NCBI GenBank assembly: GCA_963708395.1 | Contig: CAVPSG010000001.1 | Coordinates: forward strand, 62,406-126,405 | Source: an uncultured Acidobacteriota bacterium | GTDB lineage: Bacteria > Acidobacteriota > Thermoanaerobaculia > UBA5066 > Gp7-AA6 | Length of the DNA: 64,000 nucleotides | Reading direction: 5' to 3' | Part shown: positions 40,491-51,600 of the stretch, one piece after another | How positions within the stretch are numbered: the first letter of the stretch is position 1 | Layout of the letters: each line of letters opens with the position of its first letter | Notes under the pieces: generated by a model | The model's input: only the letters and a program-made list of their open reading frames with translations | Database searches by the model: none | Told to the model about the DNA's origin: nothing | Made by a program: the position numbers and the translations under genes

Positions 40491-41498
40491 TCAGAAGTTC
40501 AGGATGTAGTTGGCGCGAAAAACCGTGTGGAACGCGGGCGCGTGCGTGACCGGAAGATCCACGCCGAAGGTGAACGAGTTTTCGGGAATGAACCAGAACC
40601 GGATTCCCGGCGTCAGGCTCACGGTGGTCTTTCCCGAGCTCGCCCCGTCGAGGAGCGTCGTTCCGAAGGCCTCGAGGAAGGTCGTGAAGTTCCCGAAGAC
40701 CGGCGTCGTCGGCGCGGTCCAGGTTTCGGCGATCGAGAGGTCGTAACCGATGTCGCTCTGAGTGGCTCCCGACTTGTGCGGCCCGACGAAGTTGTCGTAC
40801 TGGAAGGATCCGTAGAGCCCGAAGCGACCCAGCGCGGGAATGAGGGCATGCATGTCCTGCCACCCGGCGAGCGAGTACGTGAGGGTCGTCTGCGTCTGTC
40901 CGATTCCTCTGTTGGCGGGCGAGACCCGCGTCTGAAACGAATAGGACTGGGTTGCGTTCTCGACGAGCTGGAAGCGCGCGAGGAATCCGCCGCCCGCGCC
41001 GTTGATCCGGGGGCCGGCGGGCGGCGTGTTCCACTGATAGTTCGAGATCACCTCGAGCATCAAACGCCGATTGAGGCCATAGGCGATGAGACCGTTCAGA
41101 AACTCGGTCGAATCGAGGGCCGGATTGTTGGCGGTGTTGGTGACGACGTAGTCGATACGGAACTCTCGTTCGAGGAAGTTGGTGGTCACGCGCAGCAGGG
41201 CCATGTCGGGCGTCGTCCGGCGCCACTTCTGCCACGGTTCGCTCCAGCCCCGCGAGAAGAAGTTACCCAAGCTCAGGTCCGCAAGATGCTGCGTGGCGCC
41301 TTCCTTGGCTTCCGCGGCCGTTGGGGGCGCCGGGTCGATGTCCGAGAGGGGTTCCGACGGCTCCGCAGGCGGCGCCAGGGGACTCGGCGAAGGCCCGGTG
41401 AGCGCCGCCGCGGCGGCGCAGACCATCGAAAATGCCAGCGCCAGGGCGGCGGCGGAGGCGGCTCTGGTGAGGGGGTCTGTTTGCGGTCGAAGTTTCAT
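40491..41498 (-). CDS. Uncharacterised putative outer-membrane beta-barrel, copy A
   Basis: Signal peptide; amphipathic strands; C-terminal FRANYILNF; close paralog of 41643..42659. Confidence 0.75.
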   Translation of the reverse strand: MKLRPQTDPLTRAASAAALALAFSMVCAAAAALTGPSPSPLAPPAEPSEPLSDIDPAPPTAAEAKEGATQHLADLSLGNFFSRGWSEPWQKWRRTTPDMALLRVTTNFLEREFRIDYVVTNTANNPALDSTEFLNGLIAYGLNRRLMLEVISNYQWNTPPAGPRINGAGGGFLARFQLVENATQSYSFQTRVSPANRGIGQTQTTLTYSLAGWQDMHALIPALGRFGLYGSFQYDNFVGPHKSGATQSDIGYDLSIAETWTAPTTPVFGNFTTFLEAFGTTLLDGASSGKTTVSLTPGIRFWFIPENSFTFGVDLPVTHAPAFHTVFRANYILNF

Positions 41499-41506
41499 GG
41501 GATCGA

Positions 41507-41556
41507 GAGCCAATCGGATTTCACCGATTGAGTCAACTCGAAACCGTACAGAATCG
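41507..41556 (-). promoter_or_regulatory. Conserved promoter/operator of barrel A
   Basis: 36/50 ungapped identity with 42667-42716; minus strand CGATTCT-gta-CGGTTTC-gag-TTGACT-17 nt-TTGGCT. Confidence 0.6.
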
Positions 41557-41642
41557 CCTAGATACGACTTTGAATCGTTTCCGCTCGACCCGGAGCCGAC
41601 TGCGAAAGCCGATATCCGAAGCGGGACGCCCGCGGCGCGGGC

Positions 41643-42659
41643 TCAGAAATTCAGGATGTACGTGGCGCGAAAAACCCGATGGAACGACGGGGCGTGCGTG
41701 ACCGGAAGGTCCAGCCCGAGGATCAAGGAGTGTTCGGGAAGGAGCCAGAACCGGACGCCGGGAGTCAGGCTCACGGCGGTCTTTCCCGGGCTCGACCCGT
41801 CGAGGACCGTTGTCCCGAAGGCCTCGAGGAACGTCGTGAAGTTCCCGAAGACCGGCGTCGATGGCGACGTCCACGTCTCGGCGATGGACAGGTCGTAGCT
41901 GATGTCGTTCCGGGCCGCGCCCGCCTTGTGCGGTCCGACGAGGCTCTCGTACTGGAAGGACCCGTAGAGTCCGAAGCGGCCGAGCGACCGGATGAGGGCG
42001 TGCATGTCCTGCCATCCGGCCACGGCATAGGTGAGAGAGGTCTGCGTCTGCCCGATCCCCGTGTTGGGAGGCGAGACCCGCGCCTGGAACGAGTACGACT
42101 GGGTCGGCGTATCGACGAGCTGAAACCGGGCGAGGAGTCCGCCGCCGGCGCCGCTGCTTCGCGGGCCGGCGGGCGGCGTGTTCCACTGATAGTTCGCGAG
42201 CAGCTCGATCATCAGCCGTCGGTTGAGGCCGTAGGCGATGCGAGCGCCCGCGAAATCGGTCGATTCGAGGGTGGTGTTGTTGGCGACGTCGGTTCGGACG
42301 TAGTCCGTCTCGAACTTCCGTGAGAGGAAATTCGTGGTCACGCGCAGGAGAGCCATGTCGGGTGTTGCCCGTGTCCTCTTCTGCCACGTCTGGTTCCAAC
42401 CCTCGGAAAAGAAGTTGTCGAGCGTCAGATTGGACGCCTGCGGCGTCGATCCGGCTCCGGCGCTGGCGTCATCCGGCGGGCGGCCGTTTGCCGGCAAGGC
42501 GTCGAGAGCCGGGGAAAGCGGGGCTTCGAGGAGGCCACCGGAAGTGTCCGCGAGGGCCGGAGCGGCGGGGGAGATCATCGAGAACGCCAGCGAAATCCCG
42601 GCAAGCCGGCGGCGGCCGCGGTGGGTCATCGCTTGCCCCACTTGCGAGCGGAGTGCCAT
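41643..42659 (-). CDS. Uncharacterised putative outer-membrane beta-barrel, copy B
   Basis: As copy A; shared TPDMALLRVTTNFL, NYQWNTPPAGPR, C-terminal FRATYILNF. Confidence 0.75.
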   Translation of the reverse strand: MALRSQVGQAMTHRGRRRLAGISLAFSMISPAAPALADTSGGLLEAPLSPALDALPANGRPPDDASAGAGSTPQASNLTLDNFFSEGWNQTWQKRTRATPDMALLRVTTNFLSRKFETDYVRTDVANNTTLESTDFAGARIAYGLNRRLMIELLANYQWNTPPAGPRSSGAGGGLLARFQLVDTPTQSYSFQARVSPPNTGIGQTQTSLTYAVAGWQDMHALIRSLGRFGLYGSFQYESLVGPHKAGAARNDISYDLSIAETWTSPSTPVFGNFTTFLEAFGTTVLDGSSPGKTAVSLTPGVRFWLLPEHSLILGLDLPVTHAPSFHRVFRATYILNF

Positions 42660-42666
42660 GTTTCGG

Positions 42667-42721
42667 GAGCCAATTCGATTTCGAAGCCCGGGTCAATTCG
42701 AAACCGCATGAAATCGATTTC
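42667..42721 (-). promoter_or_regulatory. Conserved promoter/operator of barrel B
   Basis: Minus strand CGATTTC-atg-CGGTTTC-gaa-TTGACC-17 nt-TTGGCT; palindrome GAAATCGATTTC. Confidence 0.6.
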
Positions 42722-42749
42722 GAGTCGCGGCGAGCCCGGGTCCCCAACA

Positions 42750-42782
42750 ATTAACGGGAGCTTCACCCCGAGTTAACGGCCA
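42750..42782 (+). promoter_or_regulatory. Pho box array upstream of pstS
   Basis: ATTAACGGGAG / CTTCACCCCGA / GTTAACGGCCA with exact 11-bp period. Confidence 0.8.
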
Positions 42783-42813
42783 AACTTCATCGTCCCCCCG
42801 CGAAGGAGAAGGT

Positions 42814-43837
42814 ATGAAGCGAACGCGATTCGGTTTCATCGGCGTGCTCGCCCTGCTCGCGACGATCCCGGCAGCGGCGCAAACTGCCCAGATCGACGGC
42901 GCGGGAGCGACGTTCCCGTATCCCATCTACTCGAAGTGGTTCTCCGAGTACAACAAGGTCCATCCGGACGTGCAGATCAACTACCAGTCGATCGGCTCGG
43001 GCGGAGGCATCCGCCAGCTCACGAACGAGACGGTGTTCTTCGGCGCCAGCGACGGTCCGATGACGGACGAGCAGCTCGCCGGGGCGCCGGGACACGTCCT
43101 CCATTTCCCCACCGTTCTCGGGGGCGTCGTGCCCGTCTACAACATTCCCGGCGTCGACGCCGAGCTGAAGTTCACCGGTTCCACGCTCGCGGACATCATT
43201 CTCGGGAAGATCACCAAGTGGAACGACAAGGCGATCGCGGCCACCAACGCGGGAGTCAAGCTGCCGGACACCGACATCACCGTCGTGCACCGCTCGGACG
43301 GCTCGGGCACGACTTACATCTTCGTGGACTACCTCTCGAAGGTCTCCCCGGACTTCAAGAAGACGGTCGGCGTTGCGACGTCGGTGAACTGGCCCGTGGG
43401 CCTGGGCGGCAAGGGCAACGAAGGCGTGGCGGGCCTCGTGAAGCAGACGCCGGGAGCGATCGGCTACGTCGAGCTCATCTACGCGCTGCAGAACAAGATC
43501 TCCTACGGATCCGTGCAGAACCAGGCGGGAGAGTTCGTGCGTTCGTCGATCGACTCGGTGACGGCCGCCGCGGCCGCCGCCGCCAAGCAGATGCCGGCGG
43601 ACTTCCGCGTCTCGATCACCAACGCCCCCGGCCCCGGCGTTTACCCGATCTCCTCGTTCACCTGGCTCCTCTTCTACGAGAACCCCAAGGACAAGGCCAA
43701 GGCCAAGGTCATGGTCGACTTCATGAAGTGGGCGCTGACGGACGGCCAGAAGTACTGCAAGGACCTGGGCTATGCTCCGTTGCCCGAGGGTGTCGTCGCG
43801 CTCGAGATGGAAGCCCTGAAGAAGATCTCGCCTCTGA
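42814..43837 (+). CDS. pstS: Phosphate ABC transporter substrate-binding protein (indel at the 3' end)
   Basis: GAGATFPYP, YQSIGSGGG, FGASD, HRSDGSGTT, GGKGNEGV, YPISSFTW. Confidence 0.96.
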
Positions 43838-43861
43838 TTCGGTGCGTTCGGAGGTTCGACG

Positions 43862-44837
43862 ATGAAGACCCCGTCCTCCCGCCGCGAGCGCCGACGATCG
43901 GCTGTTCCGGCTGGGGACGGGGTTTTTCGCTCTGCTCGTCGTTCTTCTCGTCGCTGGTATCGGCTTCGAGCTCTTCCGAAATTCGCGCCTCTCGATCGCG
44001 AAGTTCGGCCTCGAGTTCTGGCGCACGAAGACCTGGGACCCGGTCGCGGGAGATTTCGGCGCTCTCCCTTTCATCTGGGGCACGCTCTACTCGTCGTTCC
44101 TCGCGCTTCTGATCTCGACACCGATCGCGCTCGGCATCGCGATCTTCCTCTCGGAGCTCTCGCCGCAAGCCGCTCCGCACGCCGCTGGCGTTCCTGACGG
44201 AGCTGCTCGCGGCGATCCCGTCGATCGTCTACGGCCTCTGGGGCATCTTCGTTCTGGTTCCGGTCGGTCGCGCGCCTTCGAGAACGTCGCTGCCGGAATG
44301 GCTTCGCAAGACGCCGCTCTTTTCCGGTCCGCCCGTCGGAGTCGGAATGCTCGCGGCCGGCGCTGGTGCTTGCCGTGATGGTCATTCCGTTCACGTCGTC
44401 CGTGGCGCGCGAGGTCCTGCAAGGCGGTTCCCGCGACGCAGCGCGAGGCGGCCTACGCGCTCGGCGCGACGCGCTGGGAGGCGATTCAGGCGGCCGTCCG
44501 ATACGGACGCACGGGCATCATCGGCGCCGTCATCCTCGGGCTCGGCCGGGCCATCGGCGAGACGATGGCCGTCACGATGGTCATCGGCAACAACCCGCAG
44601 GTCTCCCTCTCGCTTTTCGCGCCGCAGTACACGATGGCGGCAGTCATCGCGAACGAGTTCACCGAGGCGGCCGACGACCTCTATCTGAACGCGCTGATCG
44701 AGATCGGCCTCGTCCTCTTCGTCGTCACGCTCATCATCAACGTGATCTCGCGCCTGCTCATCTGGAGCGTGAACCGCCAGGTGAAGGTCAAGGCGGCGGC
44801 GGCCGAGCCGCTCCAAAAGGCGAAGGTGGCCGCGTGA
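43862..44837 (+). CDS. pstC: Phosphate ABC permease PstC (indels)
   Basis: ELLAAIPSIVYGLWG; LGRAIGETMAVTMVIGN; IANEFTEA. Confidence 0.92.
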
Positions 44838-45685
44838 CGCAGGCCGGCCGGCGTCGCGCGCTCTCGAACGCCGTCGTGTTCCTGTGCGGCGCGGCGGTCG
44901 TCGTGGCGCTCGTGCCTCTGGTGCTGATCTTCTTCTACGTGATCAAGCAGGGGTTCTCGTCGCTCAACCTGGACTTCTTCACGAAGATGCCGAAGCCCGT
45001 CGGCGAGACCGGCGGCGGGATGGCGAACGCGATCGTCGGGACGCTGATTCTGATCGGCATCGCTTCGGCCGTCGCCATCCCGGTCGGATTGATCGCCGGA
45101 ATCTATCTTTCGGAGTACGGCTCCAAGCCGTTCGCCTCGCTCGTCCGGTTCACGGCCGACGTCCTGAACGGCATTCCTTCGATCGTCATCGGGATCTTCG
45201 CCTACGGGCTCGTCGTGATGCCGGTGAAGCGCTTCTCGGCGGTCGCCGGCGGCGCTCGCGCTCGGGTTCATGATGATCCCGATCATCACGCGGACGACGG
45301 AGGAGCTCCTGAATCTCGTGCCCTCGACCCTGCGCGAAGGAGCGCTGGCGCTCGGCGCGACGCGCGCCCGGGCCGCCTTCTCCGTCATGGTCCCCGCCGC
45401 GCTGCCCGGGATCATGACCGGCATCCTCGTGTCGCTCGCGCGCATCTCGGGCGAGACGGCGCCGCTCCTCTTCACGGCGTTCAACAACCGTTTCTTCTCG
45501 ATGCGCGCTCGATCAGCCGATCTCCTCTCTGACGGTGCAGGTGTACACCTACGCGATCTCGCCGTACGACGACTGGCACCGTCAGGCGTGGGCGGGCGCG
45601 CTCGTCCTCGTGGCGGTGATCTTCGTGTTCTCGGTGCTGGCGCGCGTGGTGACCAGAACGGCTCGAAAGGATGCACGCACGATGA
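44834..45685 (+). CDS. pstA: Phosphate ABC permease PstA (indels)
   Basis: [50 protein letters not shown]. Confidence 0.92.
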
Positions 45686-46547
45686 CGGACACGGTGATGA
45701 CCGGTTCCGATCTGCCGCCGTCGCCCATCCGGACCGAAGTGCCGGGCCGGCCCGCGGTCGAGACGAAGGGGCCTCCGCCGACCGCAACCTCGCGCACGCG
45801 CATGGAGACGAAGAAGCTGTGCTTCTTCTACGGGCGGAACCAGGCGCTCTACGAGATCTCCCTCGCGGTCCCCGAGAAGTCCGTCACGGCGTTCATCGGG
45901 CCGTCGGGCTGCGGCAAGTCGACGTACCTGCGGTGCCTGAACCGGATGAACGACATCATCCCGGACACGCGCGTCGAAGGCGACGGTCCTCCTCGACGGC
46001 AAGGACATCTACGGTCCGGGCACCGACGTCGTGGACCTCCGCCGGCGCGTGGGAATGGTGTTCCAGAAGTCCAATCCCTTTCCCAAGTCGATCTTCGACA
46101 ACGTCGCGTACGGCCTGCGGATCAACGGCGCTCGCCAGACGCTCGGAGCTGCCGTAGCGCGTCGAGAAGGCGCTGCGGGGCGCCGCCCTCTGGGACGAGG
46201 TGAAGGACCGCCTGGATCGTCCGCCTCGGGGCTCTCGGGCGGCCAGCAGCAGCGGCTCTGCATCGCCCGCGCGCTCGCCGTCGAGCCGGAGGTCGTCCTG
46301 ATGGACGAGCCGGCGTCTGCGCTCGACCCGATCGCGACGCAGAAGATCGAGGAGCTGATCTACGAGCTGAAGCGCGACTACACGATCGTCGATCGTGACG
46401 CACAACATGCAGCAGGCGGCGCGCGTCTCCGAGTACACGGCGTTCTTCATGATGGGCCGCCTGGTGGAGCACGACCGCACCGACAAGATCTTCACCAACC
46501 CGGGGCAGAAGATCACGGAGGACTACATCACCGGGCGATTCGGTTAG
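45682..46547 (+). CDS. pstB: Phosphate ABC ATPase PstB (indels)
   Basis: [52 protein letters not shown]. Confidence 0.93.
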
Positions 46548-46617
46548 CGGCAACATGAAAACTTCGACGAGCCGCGGAAAACCGCCGGCGCCGGCCGCGG
46601 GACGGGAAGCCGGCGCG

Positions 46618-47309
46618 ATGAAGCGCATCGCCCTCATCGAGGACGACGCGGACATCGCCTATACGATTCGCTTGAATCTGCAGAAGGAGAAGCGCTACCA
46701 GGTCGAGCACTACGTGCTCGGGAATCGCCGCGCTGGCGGCGCTGCAGGAGAAGCCCTTCGACCTCGTGATCCTGGATCTGAATCTACCCGACATCGACGG
46801 GCTCGCCCTCTGCCGAGAGCTCCGCCGCGTGGACGAGACGCGGCGCGTCCCGATCATCATGCTGACGGCCCGCGTCGAGGAGCGGGACAAGCTCCTCGGC
46901 TTCGAGATCGGCGCGGACGACTACATCACCAAGCCGTTCTCGATGCGCGAGCTGCTCGCGCGCGTCAACGCGCACCTCCGGCGTGTCGCGTCCTTCGAGA
47001 CTTCCGAGGAGGAGATGTTCGACGACGGCGATCTCCACGTCGACCGCGCGCGCTTCGAGGTGCGCCTCGGACGGCCAGCGGGTGCATCTGACGAAGAAGG
47101 AGTTCGACCTGCTCTGGCTCCTCATCCGAAACCGGTCCCGAGTCGTCACGCGCGACGCGATTCTCGCGCGGCTCTGGGACTACGACGCCGACGTGGAGAC
47201 GCGGACCGTGGACGTGCACATCCGGGCGCTGCGCCGCAAGCTCGGCGAGGATCGGATCGAGACCGTCGTGGGGCTCGGCTACCGATATCGCGATGCGCCG
47301 GGCAAGTAG
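46618..47309 (+). CDS. phoB: OmpR-family response regulator, PhoB-like (indels)
   Basis: [56 protein letters not shown]; follows pstB. Confidence 0.85.
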
Positions 47310-47372
47310 GGGACGACCTCTCTCCGGGCTTCGTCCTCAACGGCCGACATCCTCCGAACGCGGCGTTTTTGC

Positions 47373-49106
47373 ATGAGGCTCGGGTCCCGGTTCACGGCGC
47401 TCTTCGGCGTTCTGTCCGCGGCGGTCGCGGTCCTTCTCGTCGTCGTCCTCGACGCGACGCTTCGGCGAGCGTTGGACGAGCGCGTCATGGATCGCGTCGA
47501 GCACGAGCGCGACCACCTCGCGGGCGAGATCGATCGTTTCGCCGGCCAGCCGGAGGCGCTCGACTTCTTCCTTCGGCGCGCCGCGAAGGACTTCGACTGC
47601 CGCATCACGGTCATCGCTCCGGACGGCCGCGTGACGCACGAGACGGATCTCCTGCCCGCGGACGTGGCGGGGATGGAGAACCACGGAAGCCGGCCCGAGG
47701 TGGTGCAGGCGCGTGCGAGCGCCACGGGGACCTCGCGCCGCTTCTCGCCGACGGAGCGGGAGGACCGCCTCTACTCCGCGCGTCTCCTGCCGGACGGGGA
47801 CGTCCTGCGGCTCTCGGTCGCGGCCGCCCAGGTCCGGCAGATGGAGCAGTCGCACCTCTGGACCGCGCGTCTCGCGATCATCGGGGCTTGCCTCGTCCTC
47901 TTTCTGATCGGCCGGTCGCTCTCGCAGCGATTCTCGAAACCGATCGCGGGACCTGACCCGGGCCGCCTCCGCGATCGCGAGCGGAGAGACCGGACGGGAG
48001 CTCCCGGAGTCGGGCGGCGAGGAGGTGCAGCTCCTCGGCGCGTCGCTGAAGCGCATGAAGGAATCTCTCGTGAAGGCGGCCGAGAACGCGGACGCGGAGC
48101 GGCGCCTCGCGGCGATGGTGCTCGAGCAGCTGCCCGACGGGCTCGTCGTCGTGGACGAGAAGCTCCACGTTCTCGAATCGAACGCGCAGTTCGCGAAAAT
48201 GATCGGCCTTCCGGCGCCCGCCGGCCGCGCGCTCTACGATCTCCTTCGCAATCGCGAGCTCTACGAGCTCTTCGAGACGACGCTGAAGAGCCGGGAGACC
48301 GACGAGCAGCACCGTCCGGCTCGCCGACGATCTCGTCTGGCACGTGACCGTCGTCGCGCTGCCGCCGCGGCTCGCGGGCGGCGGCCGTCGGTGTTCTGCG
48401 CGACGTGACGCGCCTCGAGCGCACCGAAGGGATGCGCCGGACGTTCGTCGCGGACGTCTCGCACGAGCTCCGCACGCCGATCGCTTCGATCGCCGCGGCG
48501 GCGGAGACCCTCGCGGAGGGCGGCATGGACGAGGCGGACACCGAGCCAGCTCCTCGACATGATCCGGCGCCAGTCCGAGCGCATGCGCGAGCTCATCGAC
48601 GACCTCATGGACCTCGCGCAGATCGAGAGCGGCGCCGTGGAGCTTCGCAAGGAGGAGCTTTCGGTGTCGGACCTGCTGCGCGAGGTCGCCCGGGATCTCG
48701 CGCCGGCCGCCGCCGCGCGGTCGATCCGCGTCGTCGTGGACGCCTCCGCCGACGTGACGGTCGAGGCCGACCGACGCCGCCTGGGCCAGATCCTCCGCAA
48801 TCTGCTCGACAACGCGATCAAGTTCTGCCGCGAAGGCCGGAGCCGTTCGCCTGTTCGCGGGCCGGGAGGACGGGGAAGCCTACGTCGCGGTCGTCGACGA
48901 GGGCCCCGGCATCCCGCGTGCGGAGCAGGAGAAGATCTTCCAGCGCTTCTATCAGGTCGATCGCTCCCGTTCGAAGACCCGGCCCGGAACGGGGCTCGGC
49001 CTCGCGATCGTCAAGCACCTCGTCCAGCTCCATGGCGGCCGCATCGAGGTCGAGAGCGAAGCGGGGCGGGGCAGCACGTTCCGCGTGCGCCTCCCGCTCG
49101 CGCTAA
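47373..49106 (+). CDS. phoR: Sensor histidine kinase, PhoR-like (indels)
   Basis: Two TMs; [10 protein letters not shown]; HAMP/PAS; [12 protein letters not shown]; NLLDNAIK; [11 protein letters not shown]. Confidence 0.88.
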
Positions 49107-49165
49107 AGCCTCGCGTCAAATCCTTTTGAAGGCGGGATATCCTACCCGCCAACCACGGGGGCGCG

Positions 49166-49780
49166 ATGCTCAACCTGCTTCCGCGCGACGGGCGCTACTT
49201 CGACCGCTTCACCGACATGGCGCGGCGCATCCACGAGAGCGCCGTGATGCTCAACCGTTTCTTCGAGAAGGAGTCGCCGGTCGGGACGGTGGCGGATCAG
49301 ATCAAGCGCCTCGAGCACGAGTGCGACGAGATCTCGCACGAGATCCTGCGCGGAATCGATCAGACTTTCATCACGCCGATCGACCGCGAGGACATCCACC
49401 AGCTCGCCGTCCGCCTCGACGACGTGATCGACCTGATCGACGGGACCGTGCGGCGTCTGTCGCTCTTCCACGTCTCGGAGCCGACGCTCCTCTCCCGCCC
49501 GCTCTCGCGGATCATCGTCAAGGCGACGCAGGAGCTCGTCGAGGCCGTCTCGGCGTTGAGGAAGCAGAAGGGCGTGCCCGAGCACTGCATCCGGATCAAG
49601 AAGCTCGAGAACGAGGGCGACGTCGCCTACCACGAGGCGGTCGCCTCCCTCTTCTCGGACCCGATCGCCCCGATCGAGGTGATCAAATGGAAGGACATCT
49701 ACGACAACATGGAGCGCTGCATCGACGCGTGCGCGGGCGTGGCGCACGTGCTCGAGAGCGTCGTGTTGAAGCACGCCTGA
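49166..49780 (+). CDS. DUF47 / PhoU-like Pit accessory protein
   Basis: LEHECDEI, TFITPIDREDI, LENEGD, KWKDIY, VVLKHA. Confidence 0.92.
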   Translation: MLNLLPRDGRYFDRFTDMARRIHESAVMLNRFFEKESPVGTVADQIKRLEHECDEISHEILRGIDQTFITPIDREDIHQLAVRLDDVIDLIDGTVRRLSLFHVSEPTLLSRPLSRIIVKATQELVEAVSALRKQKGVPEHCIRIKKLENEGDVAYHEAVASLFSDPIAPIEVIKWKDIYDNMERCIDACAGVAHVLESVVLKHA

Positions 49781-49803
49781 GCGGCGTTTCGCCTCGCGCC
49801 GCG

Positions 49804-50840
49804 ATGTCCTACGTTCTCTTCATCATCGCCATCGCCCTCGTCTTCGACTTCATCAATGGGATGCACGACTCGGCAAACTCGATCGCGACCGTCGTCTCCA
49901 CGCGCGTTCTTTCGCCCCTCGTCGCGGTCTTCTGGGCGGCGTTCTTCAACTTCGCGGCGGCTTTCATCTTCGGTACGGCCGTGGCGAAGACCATCGGCGG
50001 TGGGCTGATCGACGTCGCGGTCGTGAACTCCGACGTCGTGCTCGGGGGGTTGCTCGGCGCGATCGTCTGGAACCTCATCACCTGGTATTTCGGAATTCCG
50101 TCGTCGTCCTCCCACGCCTTGATCGGCGGCTATGCCGGAGCGGCGGTCGCGCGCGTGGGCATCCGTGCGATCGTGCCCGGCACGGCGTGGGTCAAGACGC
50201 TCGCCTTCATCGTGATCTCGCCGCTCCTCGGCATGACCGTGGCCTGGGCCCTGATGATCGCGGTGTCCTGGATCTTCCGGAAGACGCCGTACGGATCGGT
50301 CGACCGCTGGTTCCGCCGCGGCCAGCTCTTCTCGGCGGCCGGATACTCCCTCTCGCACGGGGCGAACGACGCGCAGAAGACGATGGGCATCATCGCGAGC
50401 CTGCTCGTCGCGAACCGCGCGCTTTTTGCGGACCCGTCTTCTCGCCTCCACTTCATGCACATGCCGGAGCTGACGAGCGTGCCCTGGTGGATCATTCTGT
50501 CGGCGCACGCGGCGATCGGCCTCGGAACGCTGACCGGCGGCTGGCGCATCGTGCGGACGATGGGGAGCCGGATCACGAAGCTCAAGCCCTACAGCGGATT
50601 CTGCGCCGAGACCGGGGCCGCAGCCACGATCGCCCTCGCCTCGCTGACGGGCGTGCCCGTCTCGACGACGCACACCATCACGGGCGCCATCGTCGGCGTC
50701 GGCGCGACGCAGCGGTTCTCGGCGGTGCGCTGGGGCGTGGCGGGCGGATCGTCTACGCGTGGATCCTGACGATTCCGATGGCGGCGGCGATCGGCGCGAT
50801 CGCGTTCGGGATCCTGTCGGCGGCGGGGTCGGGCCGTTAA
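49804..50840 (+). CDS. pit: Inorganic phosphate transporter Pit (indel near the 3' end)
   Basis: FDFINGMHDSANSIATVVST, PSSSSHALIGG, HGANDAQKTMG, PVSTTHTITG. Confidence 0.93.
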
Positions 50841-51600
50841 CGCGCTCGCGCGGGCGGCGCTCGCCGCCGCGTTCTTCGCCTCTGCGGGACCGGCGGCGCT
50901 CTCCGCGGCCGGCGCTCCCCGACCCGGCGCCCTTCGATGCCGTCCTCGCGGCGCGGGTGCGGGACGGCGGCTTCGACTACCGGGCGCGCGACCGGCCAGG
51001 ACCGCAAGCGCCTCGCGGCCTATCTCGCGAATCTGGGCGACGCGCGCCCGGCGGAGATGACGACCCGACGGAGAAGAAGGCCTTCTTCCTCAACGCCTAC
51101 AACGCCTGGGCGATCCAGACCCTGCTCGACAATCCCGGCCGGAAGATCACGGACGTCGCGGGCGCGTTCGACCGCGCGGCGCATCGTATCGGCGGGCGGG
51201 CGATGACGCTCGATCAGGTCGAGAACGCCCTGCGGACCGCCGAGGACGCGCGCATTCATTTCGCGATCGTGTGCGCCTCGCGGTCCTGCCCGCCGCTCGC
51301 GCCGAAGGCCTACGGCGCGGACGGGCTCGACGAGGCGCTCGACCGGCAGGCGCAGCTTTTCGTCAACGACGCTTCGAAGAACCGGATCGACCGCGCGGCC
51401 GGGACCGTCGCGCTCTCGATGATCTTCCAGTGGAACCGAAAAGAGTTCGAGCGGGACGGTCGGAACGCTCAACCGATACGTGTCGCGATTCGTCTCCGAT
51501 CCGGAGACGGCCCACTGGCTCGCCGAGGCCGCTCCGGAGCCGACCTTCCTCGAATACGACTGGTCGCCGAACCAGCCCGAGACGTCCCGGTCAATCGCCG
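50841..51600 (+). CDS. DUF547-domain secreted protein (indels; both ends approximate)
   Basis: AFFLNAYNAW, TLDQVEN, DARIHFAIVCASRSCPPL, LSMIFQW, EYDWS. Confidence 0.8.

Noticed and set aside
48559-50769. Apparent kinase-Pit fusion; likewise ORFs 26818..29877, 32630..36034 and 3726..6197
   Set aside because: Stop-free upstream extensions in GC-rich DNA; the real starts are internal
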